From Ylistrum balloti (lineage: Eukaryota), in assembly GCF_031769215.1 (NCBI RefSeq), contig NW_026782092.1, positions 620,001 through 684,000 of the forward strand: DNA of 64,000 nucleotides, written 5' to 3'. The notes below the pieces were generated by a model. That model saw nothing but the letters and a program-made list of their open reading frames with translations, was not told where the DNA came from and searched no databases. Positions 10,491 to 23,182 of this stretch are shown here, piece after piece. A program made the translations under genes and the position numbers. How positions within the stretch are numbered: the stretch's first letter is position 1; every line of letters begins with the position of its first letter.

Positions 10491-12686
10491 TTAAGGTATA
10501 CACATCACAAAAACCTGAAAACACATGTCCGTGTTCACAACTGATGATACATCCAGAGTCAGTGTTCCCCCTTTTTTTTTCTTCTTCTTCTTCTTTGTTC
10601 GAGACAGTGGCCCAACAATATCCATAGATATTTTGTAAAATGGCTCACTGATGATCGGTGGTTGTCCTAATGGAGCTTTCTCATCACCACGTCTTCTGGC
10701 GGTCTTTTGACATACGTTACAAGTACTACAATACTCTCGTATGTCCTTAAAAATCCCTGGCCAACAGAACGCATTAACGACACGCTCTTTGGTCTTTTCT
10801 ATCCCTAAATGTCCCGCAAGTGGTCTATCATGTCCCAATTTAATGATATTGAGACGTAGTGCCTCTGGTAGTACTACCTGGACTCCATGTTGGGCTCCAT
10901 CACTAGACTCCCATTTCCTACGGAGAATCCCATTTTCCCGGTACAGGGCATTCCTATCTTCCTGCACAGATTCCTCTGAACTTGCAGCTTTTCTCCGAAT
11001 GTTGGCTAAAGTTGGATCTTCCTGCTGAAGCTTACTAAGCACTTCAGCATTTACAGCAGAAAGTTCAAGCGGTTCCTCTGTTGTGATGTTAACTGTATCA
11101 TCCCCATTGCTGTGGGATACAGTCTCACTGATGTTGTCAATGTCCTCACCAACGCCATCGCCATGGTCCAGGTCCACATCGTTCGCCTGTCCAACATCAC
11201 TTCCCTTACTGGCATCCACTTGGTCCGTGTCGGGGTCCATTCCAACTTTTACATGGCATTCCTTTGCCTTGTCCTCAGCTAGCCTTTCTTCAGCAATGTT
11301 ATTACGATGTTGTGCACGCGTAACAACATTCACAGCCTTTGATTGTCTCTCTATGATGTCTACCCCCAACAGGGCTTCAGCGACAAGGTCAGGCACTAAT
11401 CCGACCTGAGCATGTCCCTTATAATATGGCGTGTCCATATCAACGATAGCCAGTTTGGCTGAAAACGGCTGTCCAGTCGCTGTACACAGCGTCTCCCGCT
11501 GACCCTCCAATACACAACTTGGGTCCACCAGGTCTTCCCTAATCAAGGTCATCGCTGACCCAGTGTCTTTCACGAAACTAATATCACGGCCATTGACCTC
11601 TCCTGGGACATGGATAAGTCCTCCCGTGTATTGTCGCACTAAAAATCCTGCAAGATTTTTACCTTCTCTGTTTTTTGGACATTTCCTCGCGAAGTGCCCG
11701 TACTTGTTACAATTGTAACACTGCACACTTTTCATTTGCTCTGTCGATTGCTCCTTTCTCTGGTCCCGATCAGAGGTAAAAGTTTTTCCATTTATACTTT
11801 TACCTTGCGTTGATTTGTTTATATTCCGTTCAGGTAGAATATAATCCTCTGCGGCTTCAACCACACTGCTTGACCCTTTGTTACGGCGTATCCATTGTGC
11901 TTGTGACACTGGCAATGCACTAAGAAAATATTCCTCTTTGAATTTTTCCATGACATCCTCTACTGAGTCCACAAATCTAGTAAGATATTGTTCAATTCTT
12001 GCCATAAGTCCTCTGTATGTTTCCTTAGGTTCCCTTTGGGCTGTCTGTAATAGCTTGAAATATTGGTAGGGCCTTTTCCCGTACCTGTCCATTAGGGCTT
12101 TACAAAGTTCTTCAAATGACCCGTGTGCTTGAATAGCTACCTCTCTGGCCTCACCTGTTAACAAGGTTCTCAGCTGTAGCATTTTTACTTCTTCTGTCCA
12201 TCCAGCCTGTGTTGATAAAGCAGTAAACTCTGATAAGAATGTCACTATATCCTCACTTTCAGTATGATTATAAGGTTGAAGTTTCAGTCTAAACGGCACA
12301 GGGTTAGAATTTGTCTCACACCGTTCCTTTTGAAGTTTTGCTTTTTCAATCTCTAGTTCCAATTCTTTCACTTTCCTTTGATGTTCTCTTTCCTTTTCTT
12401 CGGCGTCCATTCTTATCTTTTCTCTTTCCACTTCCCTTTGATGTTCTCTTTCCTTTTCTTCGGCGTCCATTCTCATCTTTTCTCTTTCAACTTCCATCGT
12501 CATCCTTTCTCTTTCGAAATTCATTTGGCGTTCTTTTTCCTCTTTCTCTGCTTGAAGTTTTTCTTTTTCTAAGTTCATTTGGCGTTCTTTTTCCTCTTTC
12601 TCTGCTTGAATTTCGAGTCTTCTTATTTCCAACTTTGTTTGTGCTGCCGTCATCTTCGCAGTTTCCGTTTCTTCAGTCGTCGACAT
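10491..12686 (-). CDS. Gag (coiled coil + SCAN-like capsid + CCHC) - aspartic protease - truncated integrase polyprotein, 731 aa
   Basis: EEYFLSALPVSQAQWIRR (SCAN/capsid-like), CYNCNKYGHFARKC, VKDTGS (protease DTG), GHDRPLAGHLG...CSTCNVC (integrase H2C2) and MDIVGP (first catalytic Asp). The ORF then breaks into a poly-Lys tract and a short unrelated tail. Confidence 0.9.
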   Translation of the reverse strand: MSTTEETETAKMTAAQTKLEIRRLEIQAEKEEKERQMNLEKEKLQAEKEEKERQMNFERERMTMEVEREKMRMDAEEKEREHQREVEREKIRMDAEEKEREHQRKVKELELEIEKAKLQKERCETNSNPVPFRLKLQPYNHTESEDIVTFLSEFTALSTQAGWTEEVKMLQLRTLLTGEAREVAIQAHGSFEELCKALMDRYGKRPYQYFKLLQTAQREPKETYRGLMARIEQYLTRFVDSVEDVMEKFKEEYFLSALPVSQAQWIRRNKGSSSVVEAAEDYILPERNINKSTQGKSINGKTFTSDRDQRKEQSTEQMKSVQCYNCNKYGHFARKCPKNREGKNLAGFLVRQYTGGLIHVPGEVNGRDISFVKDTGSAMTLIREDLVDPSCVLEGQRETLCTATGQPFSAKLAIVDMDTPYYKGHAQVGLVPDLVAEALLGVDIIERQSKAVNVVTRAQHRNNIAEERLAEDKAKECHVKVGMDPDTDQVDASKGSDVGQANDVDLDHGDGVGEDIDNISETVSHSNGDDTVNITTEEPLELSAVNAEVLSKLQQEDPTLANIRRKAASSEESVQEDRNALYRENGILRRKWESSDGAQHGVQVVLPEALRLNIIKLGHDRPLAGHLGIEKTKERVVNAFCWPGIFKDIREYCSTCNVCQKTARRRGDEKAPLGQPPIISEPFYKISMDIVGPLSRTKKKKKKKKGGTLTLDVSSVVNTDMCFQVFVMCIP
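12370..12610 (-). repeat. In-frame tandem repeats in Gag N-terminus (60-bp x2 and 54-bp x~1.7)
   Basis: Period 60 at 12370-12495 (RMDAEEKEREHQR twice) and period 54 at 12520-12610 (AEKEEKERQMN twice). Confidence 0.85.
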
Positions 12687-12751
12687 ATTGAACAGTTCTA
12701 ATGAGCGTTATATCTTTGATAACGGAGTCCTTCTCCTTAGAATGATCCTTT

Positions 12752-12764
12752 ACCGCTGCCACCA
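12752..12764 (-). other. Primer-binding site complementary to the tRNA-Leu 3' end
   Basis: Minus strand TGGTGGCAGCGGT, 5 nt inside the 5' LTR; complementary to the ...ACCGCUGCCA-CCA end of metazoan tRNA-Leu(AAG/UAG). Confidence 0.85.
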
Positions 12765-12769
12765 GAATA

Positions 12770-13196
12770 TGTTACCCCTCTATGTTGTACTATCCTTATG
12801 TTATACAAAAGACCAGCAACAACCGTTCTCAAGTACAAATGTTGAGTATTAACACAAGTTACAACAATGATAACATGTATGGCCTGAGTATCGAGCTTAA
12901 CAAGTTACTCCTTCCACGGCCACACCAGGACTGACTCTATTTGCTGTGATCTTACAGTTTATCCTAAAGCAATTATAATCTTATTCTGATAGGGAAAGTG
13001 TCTTCTACTGATCTACAATTAAACCGTGACCAGTTAATGTCTCCATGGTGGAGAGCATGTCCAGCCAATGTTTCACGGCATGATTCTGACACTAAGGTGA
13101 CCGCAATTAAACTATCTGTCTGATAAGCCAGCCGGTCACATTAAGATTTAACACAAATTATGTTCTACACTTGAGTGACAAATTTCACTATTAACA
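12770..13196 (-). repeat. 5' LTR of the Gmr1-like element
   Basis: 427-bp direct repeat of 9867-10293 with TG...CA termini, adjacent to the PBS. Confidence 0.95.
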
Positions 13197-14333
13197 GCAT
13201 GGTTATAGTACCTTTCAATATTTCTAGGCATATTCGCACAGAATTAAAAACAATCGTGGTTTCCCACTGAAGGTCACTATTTTCACTTTCAACTTTAGCT
13301 TGTTGACATATTCAAACACCGACTGCCCTTTTTGATACAAAATCCGCATCTATAGCCGGTCGAGGTCTTTGTGATGTGTGTTTTAGTGGATATTGATATT
13401 TTCCATTTGTGTTGATCTTATAGGAATTGACGCTAGTTTCATCACGTAGATGAATCATACAATAGCTCATAATTAGGATTTTCCTGCATAAGAACGAAGT
13501 TGTTCAAGACCTGTTGATTTATGCACAACTTGTCCATGTATGTAAACTGATAATTGACTAGATTTACACAGATCCGATCCTAAAGGTTAACATTGTCTTA
13601 GAAATGAACTCGTTTATGACTACAGCTTGTGTTTTTTTTAATTTGTGAAGAATAGCTAACTCGAGTGAAAGATATACCAAATACCACTCACTTTGTAACC
13701 TCTATATGTTCCTACTCGGAATGGTCCATGTTCATCAGAACACTACGGTCTCAAGTGTTTTTCTCCTTTGATGTTAGCGTGATTGGGTAAGACACTTTAC
13801 TTTCATTTATTTTTTTTTAATTTTTTTGAGGACATGCGACAGGAATTTCGTATGTTTTTTAGCGATGTAGTGACTATCTTCAACAATTATACCACATCAC
13901 AAAATTACCCAACCTCTTAAAGAGGCAATCAATCCAATAAAACAAAATTCAACACGGAGACCCCGCCTCCATAACACCATGGCTGTTCACGAGGCGATAA
14001 AACCTCCAAATTAAACTACAAGTAAACTCCGCCTCAAAATGAACATGACTAATGACATGGCTAAAAACTGAAAAAAGAAAAATGAAAATACAACTAGAGT
14101 TATACTACCAACGTCTAGACGAAGAGGGCGAAAACATATTCGTATTTTTTAAAATATTTTCATACGAGAAACACATATAACAAATCTTTAATTTAATTAA
14201 TTATTCTTTGATGAGACCCTAGACGTCCCTTTCATAATTTAAGCACCAAAATGAACTAGACGTTGGTAATATAATTCTAGTCTAATATATTACAAACAGG
14301 ACAACCAGTGACCTACGCTCGGTTATGACCGGA

Positions 14334-15678
14334 TTGCTAGGAATGTGGTCTAGAAGAAGACTAACTTTGATAGGGAAAATCACCGTAGTGAAAACTTAAG
14401 CACTTCCTTTACTCAATCTTTTATTTTACTCGTTATCTAGTCCTTTTGCAGACTTGATACAAAATATCAATTCAATCTTGCATAGATTTATTTGGGATTA
14501 CAAACCTGATAAAATAAAACGAAATACACTTATTATGGGATATGAGGAAGGGGGGCTTTAAATGATTCATATAGAAAGTTTCCTGAAATATCTAAAGATT
14601 AAATGGGTTAAACGATTTCATGTGGGCAATGGAGACTGGCAAACATTAGCAAAATCAAAATTTAAATAACTTGGAGGAGATAGGCTTTGGAATTTAAATA
14701 AGCAGAAAATAAAGGAAATAGCAAGTGTAATTACAAATAAATTTTGGAAAGATGTTCTTCTATCCTGGAGTGAATTGAAAAGTGATGATCATCAGTCTGA
14801 TATTTTAAATTATGTCACCATAAAGCATTTTAAAAATATTTAAATTATGACGAAAAGGGATTTAAAACAATTAGGGATTTTCTAGATGAAAATTTACTAT
14901 TTTTACCATTTAATCAAATAAAAGAAGTCTGTCATAATCTAAATTTTCTGCAATATTTTGCCTTCATTAATAAAATACCAAAGGAAACAACTGAATCCAT
15001 ACGAATCACAGATAACAATGATGGAGATCTAGAGACACATCTACACAAGCTACTAACTAGAACAGACCATAAATACATTTACCACTCCGTGTTACAAAAG
15101 CAAAAATACTACCCTGCATCTAAACAAAGAGAAATGGAAAAGAGATCTGGGCATAAATAATGAAAATACCTTAAACTGGGGAAAAATATATACACTGTAG
15201 TGTTTGTTTTTAAAACATGTCCAGATACAAAAACTACAAAATTTTCAATTTAAACTCTTACATAGAATTTTAACCACAAATAAATTTCTATACAGAATTA
15301 AAATTGTAAGAGGTGAAAATTGTACTTTCTGTGAAAAAGAACAAGAATCTTTAACACACCTCTTTTATCAATGTGAAAACGTATATACATTATGGGAAGA
15401 TTTAAAACAGTGGTTAAACAACATGCAAAAAAAATATCGCAATTTATGAATGGGACATAAAGGGAATTTTAATTTATTATAATGATTTTATTTTGATTAA
15501 TCACTTGATATTAATAACAAAATAGTATATCTACACTTGTCGCTTTAGGAATGTAAAACCATCCTTCCCATGGCTTAAATCTGTAATCTCTGTACAGTAG
15601 GAAGTTGAACGGAAAATTGCCTTTGAAAACAAATCTTTTATCAATTTTGAGGCTAAGTGGTCTCCCCTTGACATTTAA
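14334..15678 (+). mobile_element. Decayed Tx1/L1-clade LINE fragment (unit 2-3)
   Basis: Near-identical copy of 4258-5599. Confidence 0.85.
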
Positions 15679-16326
15679 GTCGGGTCATCTTCTTTTAATA
15701 TCCAGAATACAGAATAATCCCTCCTGACAACCTTTTCATAGTCTCATGAGTCTTATACGTATACCCTGTTTCAAACTTACTAAGATTTCTTTATGCATAT
15801 AATATTAGTTAAAAAAACCTTATATATAACACTGAGTTTTTTTTTTTCATTTTTTCTTTGTTATTCTTGTCAGGTATCTAACTGTGTCTATATATATATA
15901 TATAACTATATATGTTTGTAAATCACATCTACATATGAGTTATTTTTAACATTTCATGTGACTATCAGTAGGTAATTTGCCAGTAATTATAATGATATAA
16001 TATTCTACATGAATTGATACCTGATATTGAGCTTAAGATTTTTTGCAGACCATGCATACCACTCGTACTTGTTTCTTTGATATATTAAATGTAATATTTG
16101 TCTCTGTCTAAAACCTAGCAGGAAGCCTGGACCTGTTGGGTGTTTATGTATGCAGGTATGTTTTGTTTTGTGGTGTCAATGACAAAAAGACATTATTTGA
16201 CATTATACCTCATGAATCAATTACAAATTAAGGAAACCTCACGTATTTTATCTTTTGATCATAACTACTGTCTCAAGTGTCAATATTATGGTATTATACG
16301 ATAAACGTGCAGATTTGCATCCTTAG

Positions 16327-16901
16327 GGTGCCTAATCACAAAGCTAACCTGAATTGACTCGGGAAGTTTCTAGATTAATCGGTCGTTCTAGAACGTTTTC
16401 GATTATTTACAAATGACACATATATCAATTTATTAAATTTTAATTTAATTAATTATTCTTTGATGAAAACTAAGACGTTAAAAACAGCTTAATGTCCCTT
16501 TCATAATTTTAAGCACCAAAATGAACTGCTTGTATGCAGATGTAATATGTCTGACATTAATATGTTAATATGTTTATACAAGTATCATATGGAAATATTC
16601 ATTGACATATACGATGTATATACTAAACATTAATTACGTAAACTAATCTTCAATGAATTGAAATTGACTACGTTTAGAAAAACTTCTTTTTGTCAGATTA
16701 CTTTAATATACTTTAATGTTTCTGCGAAACGTATGATGTAGTATGCCCCCTTGAGGTGCCTCATAACAAGGCTGACCTAAATTCATTCGGGAAGTTTCTA
16801 GACCAATCGAATCACTGGAACGCTCTCGATTATCTAGATCATTCAAGAAAGTATACTATAGTAGGGTATATAAACATGGTGCACACAAGCTGTGATCAGA
16901 A
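16327..16901 (+). promoter_or_regulatory. HSP70 copy 3 promoter (two HSE modules + TATA)
   Basis: Same motifs as copy 2; TATATAAA at 16867. Confidence 0.87.
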
Positions 16902-17062
16902 TCAGAAAAGAAGTTCGACACTTCTACTTGGAATACACACACAGCGGACTTAATACACGGTAGTGTGTATATATATCCAGCCTTTAGCGAGCGAGGGAGT
17001 GATCGACACGCAATACCTAAACAACAATAACTCTACTTTCGATTTGACATTTGAAGACGAAT

Positions 17063-19003
17063 ATGGCAGGCTCACGTAAATCTCCAGCTATTGGAATTGA
17101 CCTCGGCACCACATATTCCTGTGTCGGAGTATTCCAACATGGGAAGGTGGAGATTATTGCCAACGACCAGGGAAACAGGACCACGCCTAGTTACGTGGCC
17201 TTTACGGACACGGAGAGACTGATCGGAGACGCTGCCAAGGGCCAAGTAGCAATGAACCCACAGAACACTATCTTTGATGCAAAACGTCTAATTGGTCGGA
17301 AATACGATGACCATAATGTCCAGTCGGACATGAAACACTGGCCATTTACGGTGGTCAGTAGCTCCGGTAAACCAAAGATTCAGGTGAACAGCAAATGCGA
17401 CACCAAGCAGTTTACACCAGAGGAAATCAGCTCCATGGTGCTTACTAAAATGAAGGAGACGGCTGAAGCTTTCCTTGGTGAAAAGGTCAAGGATGCTGTG
17501 ATCACTGTACCAGCCTACTTCAATGACTCCCAGAGACAGGCGACAAAGGACGCTGGGATCATCGCCGGACTGAACGTCCTGCGAATTGTCAATGAACCAA
17601 CGGCTGCTGCGCTGGCCTATGGACTAGACAAGAACCTCAAAGACGAGAAAAATGTCCTCATCTTTGATTTGGGAGGAGGAACATTTGATGTGTCCATTTT
17701 GACGATCGACGAAGGATCGATATTCGAGGTTAAAGCTACTGCTGGTGACACACATTTAGGTGGAGAAGATTTCGACAACAGAGTTGTGAACCATTTCGTA
17801 CAGGAGTTTAAACGGAAATATGGAAAAGACTTGAGTAAGAACAGCAGGGCTTTACGAAGGCTTCGCACCGCATGTGAACGTGCCAAACGAACCCTTTCGA
17901 GCAGCAGCGAAGCAAGTATAGAAATCGACTCTCTGTTTGAGGGAATCGATTTCTACAGTAAACTCACCAGAGCTAGATTTGAGGACTTGTGTTCTGATCT
18001 TTTCCGTGCTACTCTAGAGCCTGTGGAAAAGGCACTTCGTGATGCTAAGATGGACAAATCGAAAATCCACGAGATTGTCTTAGTTGGCGGATCTACACGT
18101 ATACCAAAGATCCAAAAGATGCTCGAAGATTTCATGAACGGAAAACAGCTCAACAAATCCATCAATCCTGACGAAGCTGTAGCGTATGGTGCTGCAGTTC
18201 AAGCTGCCGTTCTTACCGGCGACAGCAGTGACGTCATCAAGGACGTCCTTCTGGTGGACGTGGCTCCACTGTCCCTCGGAATAGAAACAGCTGGAGGTGT
18301 GATGACCAAACTGATCGAAAGGAACACTAGAATTCCCACGAAAACATCTCAAACGTTTACTACGTATTCTGATAACCAGCCCGGTGTCAGTATCCAGGTG
18401 TTCGAGGGAGAACGAGTCATGACAAAGGACAATAATCAACTGGGAAGGTTTGAACTAAACGGCATCCCACCTGCACCCAGAGGTGTTCCACAAATCGAGG
18501 TCCAATTCGACATCGATGCTAATGGAATCCTCAATGTGTCGGCTGAGGATAAAAGTACTGGGAAATCCAACAAAATCACCATCACAAACGACAGGGGACG
18601 TTTGAGTAAAGAAGACATTGAGAAAATGGTAGCCGACGCAGAAAAATACAAAGATGAGGACGAGAAACAGAGGAAAAGAGTTTCTGCCAGAAATCAGCTG
18701 GAGAACTACATTTTCAGTGTCAAACAGGCGATGGAAAATGTTGGTGACAAACTTTCATCAGAGGAAAAATCCACTGTGTGTCAGGGATGTGAGGACAATT
18801 TGAAGTGGTTGGACAGTAACACTATGGCGGACGTGGAGGAATACGAATATAAACTAAAGGAATTTCAAAAACTGTGTTCACCTATCATGACGAAACTTCA
18901 CGGGAGTTCACCACAGTCAAATGGCGGGGCACCCAGTGGAGGTTGTGGTAGAGAAGCACAAGGAGGGTCAAGTACTGGCCCGACGGTAGAGGAAGTGTAC
19001 TGA
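17063..19003 (+). CDS. hsp70: Heat shock protein 70, copy 3
   Basis: Intact 646-aa ORF with the same signatures as copy 2. Confidence 0.98.
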   Translation: MAGSRKSPAIGIDLGTTYSCVGVFQHGKVEIIANDQGNRTTPSYVAFTDTERLIGDAAKGQVAMNPQNTIFDAKRLIGRKYDDHNVQSDMKHWPFTVVSSSGKPKIQVNSKCDTKQFTPEEISSMVLTKMKETAEAFLGEKVKDAVITVPAYFNDSQRQATKDAGIIAGLNVLRIVNEPTAAALAYGLDKNLKDEKNVLIFDLGGGTFDVSILTIDEGSIFEVKATAGDTHLGGEDFDNRVVNHFVQEFKRKYGKDLSKNSRALRRLRTACERAKRTLSSSSEASIEIDSLFEGIDFYSKLTRARFEDLCSDLFRATLEPVEKALRDAKMDKSKIHEIVLVGGSTRIPKIQKMLEDFMNGKQLNKSINPDEAVAYGAAVQAAVLTGDSSDVIKDVLLVDVAPLSLGIETAGGVMTKLIERNTRIPTKTSQTFTTYSDNQPGVSIQVFEGERVMTKDNNQLGRFELNGIPPAPRGVPQIEVQFDIDANGILNVSAEDKSTGKSNKITITNDRGRLSKEDIEKMVADAEKYKDEDEKQRKRVSARNQLENYIFSVKQAMENVGDKLSSEEKSTVCQGCEDNLKWLDSNTMADVEEYEYKLKEFQKLCSPIMTKLHGSSPQSNGGAPSGGCGREAQGGSSTGPTVEEVY

Positions 19004-19679
19004 TCATTTTGCTATTGCTAGTCATTGTAAATTGAAAAGGACAATCTTGAATATTATATTACCATGTATTTGATTTTTATATGTGTGTTTTACATATACA
19101 ACGAGGACATTATGTGATAGTTTATTATTTTAATGGTATTCTATGTGCAATTAAATTGTGATGTACAGTCAACAAATGTTGATAGATCTTGTTTGAATGA
19201 ATCATACTCTGTTTAAGCAGTTATGTTTGTCGTTTTTATATTGTTATTAAATAAAATTGTTAAAATAAATATAAGGTTTTTCCTTGTTTTTTCTGTATTG
19301 CGCATAATTTCTTATACAACTGAGTCCTATTCAATTCGATATGAAATTAAAAACCATCTTCTCATTCTATTACAAACATAGGAAGGAAACGCCGGAGTAA
19401 CGTGGTGTGAATAAGAGTGTAAAAAAATACACACATTGAAATCAACCAATCGGCCATTCATCCAGCGTTTCATCTCTAGGACTATATTAGCCAATGAGCG
19501 TCTTAATTATGTTTCATCTAATTGCAATCTCTATTTAAATTTATATTTGGTAAAAACTTGTGCTCTGTTGGCGTTACCAATTAAATAAAGTTACATTCTC
19601 AAATGAGAACTAGGTATACATCAACGGAACCAACAGGCAAACTAAGAGCATCAAACACGTCCAGATTCATTTCGCATAA

Positions 19680-20060
19680 AAAAATAGAATATTTCTACAT
19701 GAAATCATGTAAAGTTCCCCTTCCCTTATTTTTCAATATTTGTGAACCCTTGTGTTATGAGTTTGTCAGAAATGGAAAACCTCACAATTCAAATCATCAT
19801 GTTTATTATACAACTTGATGGCAAAAAGCTGTCCATGTTGGTTTCGTAGTAGGAAAAGATCGAGATAAGCAGCCCATGTCAAGAGTCTGTGTATCTTTGC
19901 GTTCCAGTTATGGTGGATACACACGATTGACGTAGTCTATAGATTTCTTGTTGTTTAAAGTCAAGATCTGTCAATATATCCGAAGGTGAAATAAAAAGAC
20001 TTTGCAAGGTCCTTTTTACCCGTTTTGTTGGAGTATTTCAATTAATGTGTTTGTTAGTTT
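19680..20060 (-). mobile_element. Decayed PLE RT fragment (unit 3-4)
   Basis: Homolog of 2400-2800. Confidence 0.65.
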
Positions 20061-21495
20061 CACTTATAAAATTCCGGCTGTTGAAATCTGAATATTAGCA
20101 GTCATATATGCTATTTGAACTTCTTGATCATATCAGTGTTAGCATTTGGTAGGTCGGTTTCTTTGAATCTTAATAGTTTTCACTTGCGTTGAACTTCGAA
20201 TATTAATTTTATTAGTTTCAATACTATGTAACTGACTTAATTTCCTGAGTTCTAAATATAATCCCTATCTAAATTTAGTGTTCTTTTATTGCACTGCTTC
20301 TGATAATTCATATTTTAAATTATGACAGATTTGGATAGTTATGAAATCCAATCTGTCTTTGCCTTGGAAAAGTGCATGGTTATAGTACCTTTCAATACTA
20401 GGCATATTCGCACAGAATTAAAAACAATCGTGGTTTCCCCGTGAAGGTCACTATTTTCACTTTCAACTTTAGCTTGTTACATATTAATTTTTTTTGATAC
20501 AAAATCCGCATCTATAGCCGGTCGAGGTCTTTGTGATGTGTGTTTTAGTGGATATTGATATTTTCCATTTGTGTTGATCTTATAGGAATTGACGCTAGTT
20601 TCATCACGTAGATGAATCATACAATAGCTCATAATTAGGATTTTCCTGCATAAGAACGAAGTTGTTCAAGACCTGTTGATTTATGCACAACTTGTCCATG
20701 TATGTAAACTGATAATTGACTAGATTTACACAGATCCGATCCTAAAGGTTAACACTGTCTTAGAAATGAACTCGTTTATGACTACAGCTTGTGTTTTTTG
20801 TAATTTGTGAAGAATAGCTAACTCGAGTGAAAGATATACCAAATACCACTCACTTTGTAACCTCTATATGTTCCTACTCGGAATGGTCCATGTTCATCAG
20901 AACACTAGGGTCTCAAGTGTTTTTCTCCTTTGATGTTAGCGTGATTGGGTAAGACACTTTACTTTCATTTATTTTTTAAAAATTTTTTTGAGGACATGCG
21001 ACAGGAATTTCGTATGTTTTTTAGCGATGTAGTGACTATCTTCAACAATTATACCACATCACAAAATTACCCAACCTCTTAAAGAGGCAATCAATCCAAT
21101 AAAACAAAATTCAACACGGAGACCCCGCCTCCATAACACCATGGCTGTTCACGAGGCGATAAAACCTCCAAATTAAACTACAAGTAAACTCCGCCTCAAA
21201 ATGAACATGACTAATGACATGGCTAAAAACTGAAAAAAGAAAAATGAAAATACAACTAGAGTTATACTACCAACGTCTAGACGAAGAGGGCGAAAACATA
21301 TTCGTATTTTTTAAAATATTATCATACGAGAAATACATATAACAAATCTTTAATTTAATTAATTATTCTTTGATGAGACCCTAGACGTCCCTTTCATAAT
21401 TTAAGCACCAAAATGAACTAGACGTTGGTAATATAATTCTAGTCTAATATATTACAAACAGGACAACCAGTGACCTACGCTCGGTTATGACCGGA

Positions 21496-22700
21496 TTGCT
21501 AGGAATGTGGTCTAGAAGAAGGCTAACTTTGATAGGGAAAATCACCGTAGTGAAAACTTAAGCACTTCCTTTACTCAATATTTTATTTTACTCGTTATCT
21601 AGTCCTTTTGCAGACTTGATACAAAATATCAATTCAATCTTGCATAGATTTATTTGGGATTACAAACCTGATAAAATAAAACGAAATACACTTATTATGG
21701 GATATGAGGAAGGGGGGCTTTAAATGATTCATATAGAAAGTTTCCTGAAATATCTAAAGATTAAAATGGGTTTACGATTTCATGTGGGCAATGGAGACTG
21801 GCAAACATTAGCAAAATCAAAATTTAAATAACTTGGAGGAGATAGGCTTTGGAATTTAAATAAGCAGAAAATAAAGGAAATAAGTGTAATTACAAATAAA
21901 TTTTGGAAAGATGTTCTTCTATCCTGGAGTGAATTGAAAAGTGATGATCATCAGTCTGATATTTTAAATTATGTCACCATAAAGCATTTTAAAAATATTT
22001 AAATTATGACGAAAAGGGATTTAAAACAATTAGGGATTTTCTAGATGAAAATTTACTATTTTTACCATTTAATCAAATAAAAGAAGTCTGTCATAATCTA
22101 AATTTTCTGCAATATTTTGCCTTCATAAATAAAATACCAAAGGAAACAACTGAATCCATACGAATCACAGATAACAATGATGGAGATCTAGAGACACATC
22201 TACACAAGCTACTAACTAGAACAGACCATAAATACATTTACCACTCCGTGTTACAAAAGCAAAAATACTACCCTGCATCTAAACAAAGAGAAATGGAAAA
22301 GAGATCTGGGCATAAATAATGAAAATACCTTAAACTGGGGAAAAATACATACACTGTAGTGTTTGTTTTAAAACATGTCCAGATACAAAAACTACAAAAT
22401 TTTCAATTTAAACTCTTACATAGAATTTTAACCACAAATAAATTTCTATAACGTATATACATTATGGGAAGATTTAAAACAGTGGTTAAACAACATGCAA
22501 AAAAATATCGCAATTTATGAATGGGACATAAAGGGAATTTTAATTTATTATAATGATTTTATTTTGATTAATCACTTGATATTAATAACAAAATAGTATA
22601 TCTACACTTGTCGCTTTAGGAATGTAAAACCATCCTTCCCATGGCTTAAATCTGTAATCTTTACAGTAGGAAGTTCGGAAAATTGCCTTTGAAAACAAAT
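21496..22700 (+). mobile_element. Decayed Tx1/L1-clade LINE fragment (unit 3-4, two extra deletions)
   Basis: Copy of 4258-5599 lacking the CTFC zinc-finger part (junction about 22450) and the ORF2 end (junction about 22700). Confidence 0.8.
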
Positions 22701-23182
22701 TTTTTCTTTGTTATTCTTGTCATGTATCTATCTGTGTCTATATATATATATATATATAAAACTATATATGTTTGTAAATCACATCTACATATGAGTTATT
22801 TTTAACATTTCATGTGACTATCAGTAGGTAATTTGCCAGTAATTATAATGATATAATATTCTACATGAATTGATACCTGATATTGAGCTTAAGATTTTTT
22901 GCAGACCATGCATACCACTCGTACTTGTTTCTTTGATATATTAAATGTAATATTTGTCTCTGTCTAAAACCTAGCAGGAAGCCTGGACCTGTTGGGTGTT
23001 TATGTATGCAGGTATGTTTTGTTTTGTGGTGTCAATGACAAAAAGACATTATTTGACATTATACCTCATGAATCAATTACAAATTAAGGAAACCTCACGT
23101 ATTTTATCTTTTGATCATAACTACTGTCTCAAGTGTCAATATTATGGTATTATACGATAAACGTGCAGATTTGCATCCTTAG

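Larger units (their letters stand above)
9867..13196 (-). mobile_element. Ty3/Gypsy LTR retrotransposon, Gmr1-like, internally deleted (non-autonomous), 3330 bp
   Basis: Two 427-bp LTRs with TGTTA...TAACA ends and 1 mismatch seen by eye (10079 vs 12982). tRNA-Leu-type PBS and a polypurine tract. The ORF has Gag, CCHC knuckle, protease and then integrase directly after the protease, which is the Gmr1 domain order. No RT or RNase H. Confidence 0.93.
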
